DNA from: Methanosarcinales archaeon
GTDB lineage: Archaea; Halobacteriota; Methanosarcinia; Methanosarcinales; Methanogasteraceae
Assembly (NCBI GenBank): GCA_030606635.1
Contig: JAUWGA010000001.1
Location: 1-35,237 of the forward strand
Reading direction: 5' to 3'
Length of the DNA: 35,237 nt
Part shown: piece after piece, positions 27,801-35,237 of the stretch
Layout: each line of letters opens with the position of its first letter
How positions within the stretch are numbered: position 1 is the stretch's first letter
Notes under the pieces: generated by a model
Database searches by the model: none
What the model saw: the letters and a program-made list of their open reading frames with translations, nothing else
Told to the model about the DNA's origin: nothing
Made by a program: the position numbers and the translations under genes

Positions 27801-30673
27801 CATTTGAAACGCTGTGCATCGAGGTCATTTCCAGCAGGATTCACTCCTGTACCGAGAAGTCTGCTGAGAAGCCTCCCGCATTCAGCAGTATTTCCTTTAT
27901 GAGGGTAGATCAAGTCGCTTACATGAACAACCCGCGACTTCCCTCGCTGCCTGATGATGTTGAGCCTTTGTTCGGCGTCATCCAAAGCATGTTGCAGAAC
28001 TATGTTGGCATGTTCAGGAAGTTCGACAGGGATGCCACCTCTAACCAATTCAACATCTCCACGGATCGCAGTATCAGATCCTGGGGTTTCTTCAACATAT
28101 TCTGCTGCAAGAGAACCGTATGTGGTACGGTTCTGTTCAATATCATCGAGCAATTGAGGTTCGCCCAGTGTTGCCATGAGCAGTTCGTGTATCACCGACT
28201 CACGGAGCAAATCCGAATAGTGGTTGCGCTCTACACCGTTGGAGATCTGTGCTGCATCTTCGCGGCTGTCAGAAAACGAAACAAGTTTGCGCCCTTCATC
28301 AGGTAACTGGTAGAACAGTTCTTTTGTGAGTATCTGGCTGACCTTGGAAAAACCAGTCCTGAAACCGCGTACAGGCGATCTCCGTGAGAGTTTTTTGGCG
28401 TAGTCTTTTGCGCAGCACGCACAGACCGAAGGAAGTGCGGTAAAGGACTCCCTCGCCTCATCACCTTCAGCATCTAATAGGGATCCGAATTTCTTTCCTT
28501 TTTTTGTGCCAATTTGAAAGAGATAGCCTTTCACCCAGTTATCCGGATCTTCTGAATATTTCTCATGCGACAGATCTACCCTCCCTGAACGTGTATCAAG
28601 ACTGGCAGGAGTCCACTGACCTTTTTTTACCGCCACCCCAATCCGGTTAGGTTGGCTCCAGATAGACGCGTCTTCATGAAGCTGTAAATTTCCAACAGGC
28701 CAGAACACAGCAAACTCCTTGTAAGTGCGGCGTTCGATAAAACGTGCTGCCTGTCGGTCAGGAATCCCCTCGATATCCGGATCTGATGGCAGCATTTCAA
28801 TGACACCCTCCCCGAGATCCAATCTGTTTCCACCAAAGTAAACAGCGCCGCAATGCTCGCAGAGGAGTAATTCTAGGACTCGACGTCCCTTTTTAGTAAT
28901 GATTCTCGGAGAAGAATATAATGTTCCGACTGGTCTTCCGTCTTCTGCGTATGCAGGCGGTTTGGTAGATGCCCACAACCCTTCAGTGCTGCGGAAAAAC
29001 CAGTGAAGGCGGAATGATGGTAGCGATGATTGTTCTCCTTCATCATCGCAAATACTACGAGCTGCAAGAAGTCCGCGGACAGCTTCCCGTCTATTTTCCC
29101 CTGATACTGCTGTTCCAAAGAGCTTCTCTGCAAAGTCATCGAGCGAAACAGCACGCGTTTCCCCCTCACACTCACATGCCTTCTGCGTTCTGGTGGCAAT
29201 GCGCATACCATCTGATTCCATCTGTTCTTTTAGAGCCAACTTTCCAGATGGTGCGTCTCCTCGGTACCCAAGAGAAACTGCTGCTTTCTGACAGGCATCA
29301 TCAGAAAAATCAGGCGCATCCTGACTGAGAGTAACGAACGGTTCGGATGGCAAAAAATCAGATCCGGCAATCTCTGGAATTTGATTTTGACGCCCCCGGA
29401 TTATCTCAAAGCTGTCTGCTTGAGCACCGAAGAAATCATGGAGAAATTCACGGCTTTTGGGATTGTCAGGGTCCAGCGAGGCGCTGGAGCTTAAGATGCG
29501 CAACTTAAGATGGTCTGGTGTAAGTCCCAGACGCAGGAGCAACAACCTCAAAAGATATGCCACCTCAGCGCCAGCCGTCCCCCTGTAGAGGTGCAGCTCG
29601 TCAATGATCAAATGAAACACTCTATCGTCCCCACCCGCCAACCACCGCCGCGTCTTCTCAAAGATGGGATCATCTATCTCGCGCATGAGCATGATGCTCA
29701 ACATCGAAAAGTTGGTTATCAGAATATCTGGCGGCGAGTCCTGCATGTCCCAGCGTGAACGCATCTCAGCACCATCAAGTTTGGGGAAATAGGACGTGAC
29801 ATCTGGCTTGTTGTTATCTTTGGCGTATCGCTCAGCAGCATCTGCGTCACGGTCCATGTCCATCAACACGCGAGTAAGTCTATCTATTCTCTTCCGGTCG
29901 GGGTTTCTGTTGCCATTGGCATTCGGCTCCTTAAATTCATGTCCCGGGATGGGTGTGCTGCCGTTGTAACGTCCAAAGTAGATTTTGTTCCCCTCTCGGT
30001 TATGCTGAAACCACTCCCTCGCGTCATCCGAGTCAAGAGCTTTGCGGAGGCGAGTAAGCTGGTCTTCAACCAGCGCATTCATTGGATAAATGATCAATGC
30101 ACGAACAGCAGCATCCCTCTGCTCGTGACCCCGCTGAGAAACTCTGTAAGAACGCTGTATCCGGTTGTGTTCGTTACAGCAGGAATCCTGCCACTGGCTA
30201 TCATTCCACCAGTTGTTAACGTGGGGGTCTGGCGTATCCGGGGCTACCCAGCCAGAAGACTCTCGTGCAAGGTAAGCGAATAGCGGAAGAAGGAATGCTT
30301 CAGTCTTGCCTGAACCGGTGCCGGCAGTAACCACACAGTTTGTACCTTCTAACACTCTTTTAAGCATTTCCGTCTGGTGGTCATACAGTTCGTAGTCTCC
30401 GAACAGACCACATGCAACCAACGACTTAAAATCGGATATTTCCTGATTGCTGAGTCCATGGAGGTCTTCTTCTTTTAAATCCTGAATAGTCTTCCCAGAT
30501 TTCTGGTATATTGGCAGCGGTTCAATCCAAGGTTCCTGACACAGGACCCCGAGCTCTCGCAGCAGTTCTTCCCTTTCAGCCTCTATGGATGGAAAACGGG
30601 TGCCGAATACAGTCTGTATGTACCGGATAAAGTTATCCCGGATAGTATCAAATGCGCCAACCGGGTCTTTCAT
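24890..30673 (-). CDS. Giant DEAH-box superfamily-2 helicase with internal Zn-ribbons and a C-terminal DUF1998/MrfA-type Zn-binding domain (DruE-like)
   Basis: 1,927 aa. Checked on the DNA: Q/Ia region LYDHQ, Walker A AGTGSGKT (30302-30325) and motif II DELH (29591-29602). Motif VI is QQRVGRAGRRGQ. The Cys pairs are CEHCG, CACC, CHTC...CTNC and CLRC...CKYC. The DUF1998-like signature is CDSACYACLMRYRNMNYHGLLDW (its first Cys codon at 25316-25318). Its ATG overlaps the upstream stop (ATGA). Confidence 0.9.
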   Translation of the reverse strand: MKDPVGAFDTIRDNFIRYIQTVFGTRFPSIEAEREELLRELGVLCQEPWIEPLPIYQKSGKTIQDLKEEDLHGLSNQEISDFKSLVACGLFGDYELYDHQTEMLKRVLEGTNCVVTAGTGSGKTEAFLLPLFAYLARESSGWVAPDTPDPHVNNWWNDSQWQDSCCNEHNRIQRSYRVSQRGHEQRDAAVRALIIYPMNALVEDQLTRLRKALDSDDAREWFQHNREGNKIYFGRYNGSTPIPGHEFKEPNANGNRNPDRKRIDRLTRVLMDMDRDADAAERYAKDNNKPDVTSYFPKLDGAEMRSRWDMQDSPPDILITNFSMLSIMLMREIDDPIFEKTRRWLAGGDDRVFHLIIDELHLYRGTAGAEVAYLLRLLLLRLGLTPDHLKLRILSSSASLDPDNPKSREFLHDFFGAQADSFEIIRGRQNQIPEIAGSDFLPSEPFVTLSQDAPDFSDDACQKAAVSLGYRGDAPSGKLALKEQMESDGMRIATRTQKACECEGETRAVSLDDFAEKLFGTAVSGENRREAVRGLLAARSICDDEGEQSSLPSFRLHWFFRSTEGLWASTKPPAYAEDGRPVGTLYSSPRIITKKGRRVLELLLCEHCGAVYFGGNRLDLGEGVIEMLPSDPDIEGIPDRQAARFIERRTYKEFAVFWPVGNLQLHEDASIWSQPNRIGVAVKKGQWTPASLDTRSGRVDLSHEKYSEDPDNWVKGYLFQIGTKKGKKFGSLLDAEGDEARESFTALPSVCACCAKDYAKKLSRRSPVRGFRTGFSKVSQILTKELFYQLPDEGRKLVSFSDSREDAAQISNGVERNHYSDLLRESVIHELLMATLGEPQLLDDIEQNRTTYGSLAAEYVEETPGSDTAIRGDVELVRGGIPVELPEHANIVLQHALDDAEQRLNIIRQRGKSRVVHVSDLIYPHKGNTAECGRLLSRLLGTGVNPAGNDLDAQRFKWEENWHSWTELFDFTEKRWKDGLPPDTDRAKNTLRKKVREGLCDLFFSRLYFSMESSGLGYLKLGLDDQKLETHASEAGHQQEQLECFRQACDSALRILGDLYRHDGSEFKQYGWPDYSDARVSFRDFVCAVCQKWGLNERDVGPAIFSALRTAGHKNGMIQTSSLDVKVALPDDPVWICHTCRRPHLHYSAGICTNCHKQLPEQPNHTCKDLWQHNYLAYAAAEAKRVPIRLHCEELTAQTDDQAKRQRHFRDIFVDLAGQEEVLIEKVDKIDVLSVTTTLEVGVDIGDLQAVMLANMPPMRFNYQQRVGRAGRRGQAFATVLTLCRGRSHDEFYFANPEQITGGAPPVPFLTMKQERIVQRLLARECLRRAFWDAGVRWWDCPEKPPDSHGEFGFVEKWHEVQQQVLDWLRTDDSREDVIRALVGNVDQRKIEEWLDYLSNKLPESIDQASTNPELAGAGIGLAERLAEGGILPMYGMPSRSRLLYHQLRGKESTVDRDLELAVTEFAPGAQKTKDKAIHTAIGFTAPLVNRRGQWAPLAADPFSTRWMVRCLRCGNIIVSDLQHSETECKYCKTPQGPYFKSYLAAVPLAFRTDLSRGKDAKEGGDILYGIPTSVAESAESKFSTKVSSNCETSFSSECRVWRINDNAGKLFEGGLVTTRGYRHDTKDPLTEKPVLGNQWISSDYIAYVSKDRPEEIQRIAIAAGKTTDVLRFRPLSVPPGLNLDPVTSSGGVKAAIYSAAFLLRAAASERLDIDPDEIEICNFQCLEVDGMYVGAITLSDFLANGAGFVRWISDNWDSVLHGIVSPNDPGSFPTKIVSESHRSSCDSACYACLMRYRNMNYHGLLDWRLALAYLHILKDSRYLCGLDGQFTTPELDGWIDFATKLSDNFASQFDDHQSRTWGTLPGFETRIMKVIIVHPLWDTQNPQGILDEAVAAAGGASVRYIDTFNLLRRPGWCHSEIERSLE

Positions 30674-31689
30674 GAGATCACTCCATTGCTGTCAGGTACG
30701 GTACTGTGGTCTATCAGGTTTTGCGATAGTTTCTCTGAAATCATCGTGGCGACAGGTGGGGGTACAGCACAGTAGATATCCATGGGATGTCCGGCAGGCA
30801 CCCCTCCTACTGACTGCTCACCCATGCGCGCTGGTGCTGGAGCCAGTCCGGTGCAGAGGGTAGCAGCTCTTGCCAGAAAGCGTGGAAGCGGCACATACGC
30901 GGGCACAGCCAGCTGATGGCGCCGTTTGTCATATAGCAAGACATCCGCCCCTTCGTCTGCAATAATCATATATCGCCCCCAGTCCCGATCCACTTCAGCC
31001 GCCCGGTTACTATCCCAGATCCAGTGACGTTTCTGCTGGCTCCTGGGATCGGTATATTCAACCAGTCCCTGCACGTTTTCAGTATTGTGGTTCTTGGAAA
31101 AGGTCAGAGTATTGGCAGAAAAAGTTCGTTTGAGCCAGTTGATATCGGCTCTATCCTCATAAGATAAGTTATGCCTGACATTTCCAATTCCTGCCGAAAA
31201 ATTAACCAGCGACCATGCAGCCGGCGCCGTTAGATGGCATCCTATCTGTGCGGCTTGAGCTACTTTCTGAAGATGATCGTGATCGACCGCCTCGATGTAG
31301 ATCGCTGGAGGAAGGAGGGGGTGCTCACTTCTCTGCAATTTGATGCTATGTGAAACAGAGTTCCGGTTACCTTTTGCAAAATCTTTCATCTTCTGAACCA
31401 TCGAGGGAGTCCTGGCACCTGTTAAAACCGCTTTGGGCAAACCATACGGCGGCAGGGCAACAAGAACAGGTGGGCAGGCAAAAACATGGCGTTTGTCAAA
31501 ATTGAACTCGCAATGGCCCAACGAGTCCAGATATCGGATAGTCTGGCGCCGGACGTGATTAAGATCGACTTCGCTTGTCGATATTCCGGGTAACTGGCAC
31601 AGTGCATCAAAGGCAGCATTGAACTTATCTATGCTCATCCGCCCACTCGTGCTGATGGCTTGCAGAAGTAACTTAGACACGTTTTGCAA
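30670..31689 (-). CDS. Hypothetical protein (~335-339 aa), middle gene of the helicase cassette
   Basis: Long ORF with a 4-nt ATGA overlap onto the helicase start. The listed start at 31689 is a TTG directly abutting GGGAGG. A GTG at 31680 sits 9 nt after that GGAGG and is the more likely start. I recognise no domain. Confidence 0.8.
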   Translation of the reverse strand: MQNVSKLLLQAISTSGRMSIDKFNAAFDALCQLPGISTSEVDLNHVRRQTIRYLDSLGHCEFNFDKRHVFACPPVLVALPPYGLPKAVLTGARTPSMVQKMKDFAKGNRNSVSHSIKLQRSEHPLLPPAIYIEAVDHDHLQKVAQAAQIGCHLTAPAAWSLVNFSAGIGNVRHNLSYEDRADINWLKRTFSANTLTFSKNHNTENVQGLVEYTDPRSQQKRHWIWDSNRAAEVDRDWGRYMIIADEGADVLLYDKRRHQLAVPAYVPLPRFLARAATLCTGLAPAPARMGEQSVGGVPAGHPMDIYCAVPPPVATMISEKLSQNLIDHSTVPDSNGVIS

Positions 31690-33733
31690 CCTCCCTGTAC
31701 TTATTCCATATGTCCCGGATTTTCGGAAGCGCTGGATATCCGGTCTTCTGATATTCAGTCTTCTTACGTTTGACCCATATCGCTTCCCTCCACCGTTTTA
31801 CAGCATGGAGATTGCTTATTGCATGGTTGGGGTTAGGTATGGTTCCTGCATCTTCAGGCTGCCCGCAGAAATGGACAGGCCATTTATCCGTCTCAGACTT
31901 GTCGACTGCCCAGACAGGCTGCCATTCATCTGGCAGATCCTCATCAGGCCAGTCTACTATTTCACCAGGTCTGGCACCTAAAAACGTGATTCTGCGTGAC
32001 AGGTATGTGGGAAGAGTCGGCGGAAGAACGGGGGGTGGACCAACGCCAGCAACAACTGCCCCTGTGGCGCATGGCATGGAAACATCGCCGATCAGCATCT
32101 GACCTGAACTGTCCCGCGATGGCACATCCTTAAACGATACCGGAAGTTCCGGTTCTTCCAGCCTTATCACATGCTTCTGCAAAGGATCCGGTCCATCTTT
32201 GAAGACCCGAATATTTAATGGGCAGTTAACGGGTGCATCGGCAGGGATGTGCCAGCGAGCAATGGACACATCTTCTCGCTTGAGTTCATCTTCGTTGAGC
32301 GTGACACGTTCACTTCCGTCACCGCCTTCTATGACGATTAGCGGAGGTCCGAACTTAAGATATCTGTTGCCCCGTCCGATCTTTATCCCGCCTTGAAGCC
32401 GGATACGCAACAGGCTGGAAAGCGTGAGTACGTCAACACCCTCGCAGGATTCATGCGCACTCCTGCCTTCAAATATCGCCCATCCAGAAGGTAGCCCTTG
32501 AAGCAACTGTTCTTCGAATTTTTCGCAGCAGTCAGTTCCCCACCGCTGCACATCCGCCACCCTGCTGTCGCTGCACGCTACCATAAACTCACAATTTCGT
32601 TCCAGACGTTGTGATTCAACCCACCCTGGAAGCCCTTCTCTATTTCCTAGCAGGAAAAGCCTCACATCAGTCCCTTTGAGGTGTGCTCTCCATTTGTTTT
32701 CTTTATCCTCAAACCTTACACCAGTAGACCAATTTACTGTTGCCGCATCCAATGGTCGTTGAGGTCGTATGTTGGTGTTCGTCAACTTTGTTGACCAGTT
32801 TGGCATAGTCTCTCTGCACGAAACCATTTGTCCAGCATATTCGAATTCAAGACCGTTATCTGGAAATGGACGGTTGGTTTTGAGCCGGAGAGTTGGTGCA
32901 ATTGTTCCTGAAACTCTGTTCAGTTCGAGACAGATGCGTAGTCCCACTTGTGAGGGGGTGTGATCTAAATCTGATATGGTGTACGAAATAACACTCCCAT
33001 CCCAGTCAACAAGTTCATTGAGTACAAGATCGATGAGTGCATTCACCATCTCAATGCTATCACCTTGTGTTCCGTCCAGAAGTTTCAAGGTGCGGTTTTC
33101 CAGCCCATCCTTACCGTAGCTCAATAGAACTCGCCTGATTACTGCATCAGAAGGGGTATCAGTCGGGTCAAGTTCTGCTTCACTGAAGATCAGAGGTAAA
33201 TAATTCCGCTCATCATCAGACAGGAGAGTTTGTGATAATGGACGCCCGACATGAACCTTGCCACCGCGAATGCGTGCAGCGAAGCGCCCCAATTCTTCAT
33301 GTTTGTCTTCTGTACTCCACTTTTGCAAGTCTTCCCACAGTTCCGCCATGTGGTCAAAGTGTAGCGGTGTGCCTGAACCACCAGGTTCGCCTAACAAGGG
33401 CCAGAGTTTGGGATAATAAGCTTTTGGATCATAATCCCCGCCTCTAGTTGCCGCTAAGACGAAAAGTGCTAAATATGCAATATACGGAGGATATTCCAGA
33501 TTTTTGATTCTCCAGCCACGATAAGATTGTAAAGCCTTATTGCATATAGCACCCTTTGTTGCCCAATCCGGACCGACTTTAACAGACTGTATAAAATCTT
33601 CAACGTCTGCGCCCGTCTCTACTCCTATCTGGTTTATAGTATCTTCATTAACATATAGCAGCACTTCCCGTCCAGCCATCATTTCATTGAAAAACTTGCG
33701 GGCTATAAGATTATTCCATTCTATGTAGTTCAT
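31673..33733 (-). CDS. Hypothetical protein, 686 aa, first large gene of the helicase cassette
   Basis: Uninterrupted ORF with an ATG start. It overlaps the next gene by 8-17 nt. I found no nucleotide-binding, nuclease or methyltransferase motif. Confidence 0.85.
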   Translation of the reverse strand: MNYIEWNNLIARKFFNEMMAGREVLLYVNEDTINQIGVETGADVEDFIQSVKVGPDWATKGAICNKALQSYRGWRIKNLEYPPYIAYLALFVLAATRGGDYDPKAYYPKLWPLLGEPGGSGTPLHFDHMAELWEDLQKWSTEDKHEELGRFAARIRGGKVHVGRPLSQTLLSDDERNYLPLIFSEAELDPTDTPSDAVIRRVLLSYGKDGLENRTLKLLDGTQGDSIEMVNALIDLVLNELVDWDGSVISYTISDLDHTPSQVGLRICLELNRVSGTIAPTLRLKTNRPFPDNGLEFEYAGQMVSCRETMPNWSTKLTNTNIRPQRPLDAATVNWSTGVRFEDKENKWRAHLKGTDVRLFLLGNREGLPGWVESQRLERNCEFMVACSDSRVADVQRWGTDCCEKFEEQLLQGLPSGWAIFEGRSAHESCEGVDVLTLSSLLRIRLQGGIKIGRGNRYLKFGPPLIVIEGGDGSERVTLNEDELKREDVSIARWHIPADAPVNCPLNIRVFKDGPDPLQKHVIRLEEPELPVSFKDVPSRDSSGQMLIGDVSMPCATGAVVAGVGPPPVLPPTLPTYLSRRITFLGARPGEIVDWPDEDLPDEWQPVWAVDKSETDKWPVHFCGQPEDAGTIPNPNHAISNLHAVKRWREAIWVKRKKTEYQKTGYPALPKIRDIWNKYREVAKRV

Positions 33734-33834
33734 ACTTTTCTGTCCTGTTCAGCAATTTCTAACCGCTTTCCACCACTGTTCAAGTACTTCATTGCGAAAT
33801 TGTCTATGGATATCTTTGCTTTTACTTTCACCAT
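33730..33834 (-). CDS. Candidate leaderless 34-aa micro-ORF at the head of the cassette
   Basis: My own translation gives MVKVKAKISIDNFAMKYLNSGGKRLEIAEQDRKV*. Its TGA overlaps the ATG of the 686-aa gene (ATGA). Its ATG lies 27-34 nt downstream of a TTTATAAT box, which is the spacing expected for a leaderless archaeal mRNA. Confidence 0.3.
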   Translation of the reverse strand: MVKVKAKISIDNFAMKYLNSGGKRLEIAEQDRKV

Positions 33835-33860
33835 ACCCTAAAACTTATAGAACTTCATGG

Positions 33861-33868
33861 ATTATAAA
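33861..33868 (-). promoter_or_regulatory. Archaeal TATA-box candidate for the helicase cassette
   Basis: The minus strand reads TTTATAAT (consensus is about TTTAWATA). It is centred about 30 nt upstream of the micro-ORF ATG and about 130 nt upstream of the 686-aa ATG. Confidence 0.35.
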
Positions 33869-34052
33869 GTTTGTTAGTGCTGCAGTTGTATTCGTGGTAA
33901 TCTGCTATGAACAATCGCCCATGGCAACGTTTGTGCGATAAACTCGCAGGACACCGTGAAAACTCCGAAAGCCCGATCTCTATCGAACACCTTTCAAGCT
34001 GACACAGCCTCTGAAGACTGTTACGGGCTCAGATCGTTCGAGGCGCGTCTGT

Positions 34053-34721
34053 CTACATCCACCTCGTAAGATACTCGACCGCCTCGACAACGCCTGCACC
34101 ATACTCGCCAGCGGTCACGAGATCGGCAGCACCCTTAAGTGCAGGATGCGCATTTCCGACAGCGACCCCAAATCCAGCTGCGGCAAGCATCTGTATATCG
34201 TTTTCAGAGTCCCCGATGGCAGCAAAGTCGCTTGCATCGATACCCATGAGACCAGCTATCCGGAAGAGTCCGGTTCCCTTGTCCACATCCTTGCTCTTCA
34301 GATGGATGGCGTAACCGGAATCCACAACATCGATCCCCTCGCCAACGATCTGCCGCGCATCCGCGGCATCAAAGTTCCTCCGAAGCGCTATATCGGTCTT
34401 CCTGTACTCTGAATCGAGTTTTTGGATGTGCACACCAAGATGTTCTGTCAATACATCAAACGCACGCTCACATGCATCGATATCGCCATCGTAGTACTCC
34501 TTGCCATCGTATTCAAGCGAGATTACGCCGCCGTTCTCTGCTATGATCTGCCCGCCGGTTCCGATCAGTTTTGCTGCTGCCCTTGCAAAGCAGAGCACGT
34601 TACCGGTGGCAAGCACGATCGGGATATTAAGCGAGCGAAGGCACGCAACTGCGCGGCAGTCGATGCTCCGGTCCTTATGCGTCAGCGTGCCATCGATATC
34701 GATCGCAATCGCCTTTATCAT
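34053..34721 (-). CDS. HAD-IIB phosphatase, archaeal phosphoglycolate phosphatase type
   Basis: 222 aa. HAD motif I is AIDIDGTLT, motif II is LATGN and motif IV is [11 protein letters not shown]. Length and layout match archaeal PGP/SPP-like enzymes. Confidence 0.8.
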   Translation of the reverse strand: MIKAIAIDIDGTLTHKDRSIDCRAVACLRSLNIPIVLATGNVLCFARAAAKLIGTGGQIIAENGGVISLEYDGKEYYDGDIDACERAFDVLTEHLGVHIQKLDSEYRKTDIALRRNFDAADARQIVGEGIDVVDSGYAIHLKSKDVDKGTGLFRIAGLMGIDASDFAAIGDSENDIQMLAAAGFGVAVGNAHPALKGAADLVTAGEYGAGVVEAVEYLTRWM

Positions 34722-35237
34722 ATATCGAATAGCCCCTCTGGTGTCACTGTGTATAGTGCCTCGCCGTCCGGAAGGTTGGGCGAGTCGACCAGTTTTGCAA
34801 CCCGTTTGTCACCTTTCGATTTCCGCAGGTATAGCCGGAATGTCGAGGTGTGCCCGAGAATGTGCCCGCCGATCGGTTTTGTCGGATCGCCGAAGAACGC
34901 ATCTGGCTTTGACATCACCTGGTTGGTCACAAAGACCATCGCATTGTGGAGGTCGCCAAATCGCATGAGGGCGTGCAGATGCTTGTTTAATTTCTGCTGC
35001 CGATCAGCAAGCGTGCCCCTGCCGACATACTCCGCCCGGAAGTGCGCTGTCAGCGAATCGACAATCAGGAGGCGTACCGGCTTATCAGTATCCCGGAGCG
35101 AATCCGCAAGTTCGGATGCGGTGTCCATGAGAAGGATCTGATGGTTGGAGTTGTATGCACGGGCAACATGGATGTTTTTTAGGAATTCCTCGGGATCGTA
35201 CTCGGTTTCGTATCTCTTCGCCGCCCCTTCCACCATG
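34718..35237 (-). CDS. radA: DNA repair and recombination protein RadA, C-terminal part (N-terminus lies beyond the window)
   Basis: The ATPase-core Walker B region is [19 protein letters not shown]. The ...NQV...[48 protein letters not shown] tail is characteristic of archaeal RadA/Rad51. The frame is open to the window end. Confidence 0.9.
   Translation of the reverse strand, partial: MVEGAAKRYETEYDPEEFLKNIHVARAYNSNHQILLMDTASELADSLRDTDKPVRLLIVDSLTAHFRAEYVGRGTLADRQQKLNKHLHALMRFGDLHNAMVFVTNQVMSKPDAFFGDPTKPIGGHILGHTSTFRLYLRKSKGDKRVAKLVDSPNLPDGEALYTVTPEGLFDI

Noticed and set aside
24890-33868. Classifying the cassette as DISARM, as a MrfAB repair pair, or as an integrated mobile element
   Set aside because: DISARM needs a methyltransferase and usually a PLD gene, and neither is here. 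MrfA-type helicases are about 750 aa and pair with an exonuclease, not with these partners. I see no integrase, transposase, tRNA target or flanking direct repeats. The only match is an insignificant 8-nt TTGAAAGG inverted match. Mobility is therefore unsupported.

Overview
This is an archaeal chromosomal segment that looks euryarchaeal and methanogen-like. The lineage markers are Sec61-beta, RadA, archaeal Elp3, an archaeal-type phosphoglycolate phosphatase, and TATA-box or leaderless gene starts. I saw no rRNA, tRNA, CRISPR array, transposase or integrase. Housekeeping genes are a PfkB kinase, hisB, a purT-like ATP-grasp enzyme, an MFS transporter, elp3, the class-I fumarate hydratase alpha subunit, a GlcD/GlcF-type FAD/Fe-S oxidoreductase, a HAD phosphatase and radA. 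Three accessory blocks interrupt them. (1) 24.9-33.9 kb, minus strand: a translationally coupled cassette. It consists of a possible leaderless 34-aa micro-ORF, then a 686-aa and a 339-aa protein with no motif I recognise, then a 1,927-aa DEAH-box helicase carrying several Zn-ribbons and a C-terminal DUF1998/MrfA-type Cys cluster. This architecture is most like DruE of the Druantia anti-phage systems, but the partner set matches no described Druantia type that I know. It is my top candidate for an undescribed archaeal defence system. (2) 11.0-19.9 kb: four consecutive secreted or anchored surface proteins. The first three share a roughly 200-aa domain with a W-x-G-Y-Y-G-N motif. (3) 5.9-7.0 kb: an AT-rich islet encoding a NYN + LOTUS/OST-HTH protein. 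It is attached to the end of an overlapping response-regulator operon. Other oddities: a 27-32 nt palindromic repeat sits in-frame inside three unrelated CDSs, with tandem copies inside fumA. Twin elements at 3.4-3.8 kb combine a hairpin, a G-rich tract and a TATA box, and may be C-rich sRNA genes. A (GAT)8 microsatellite lies inside a LamG domain. A roughly 900-nt non-coding region carries a triplicated GGGGCGGG motif.
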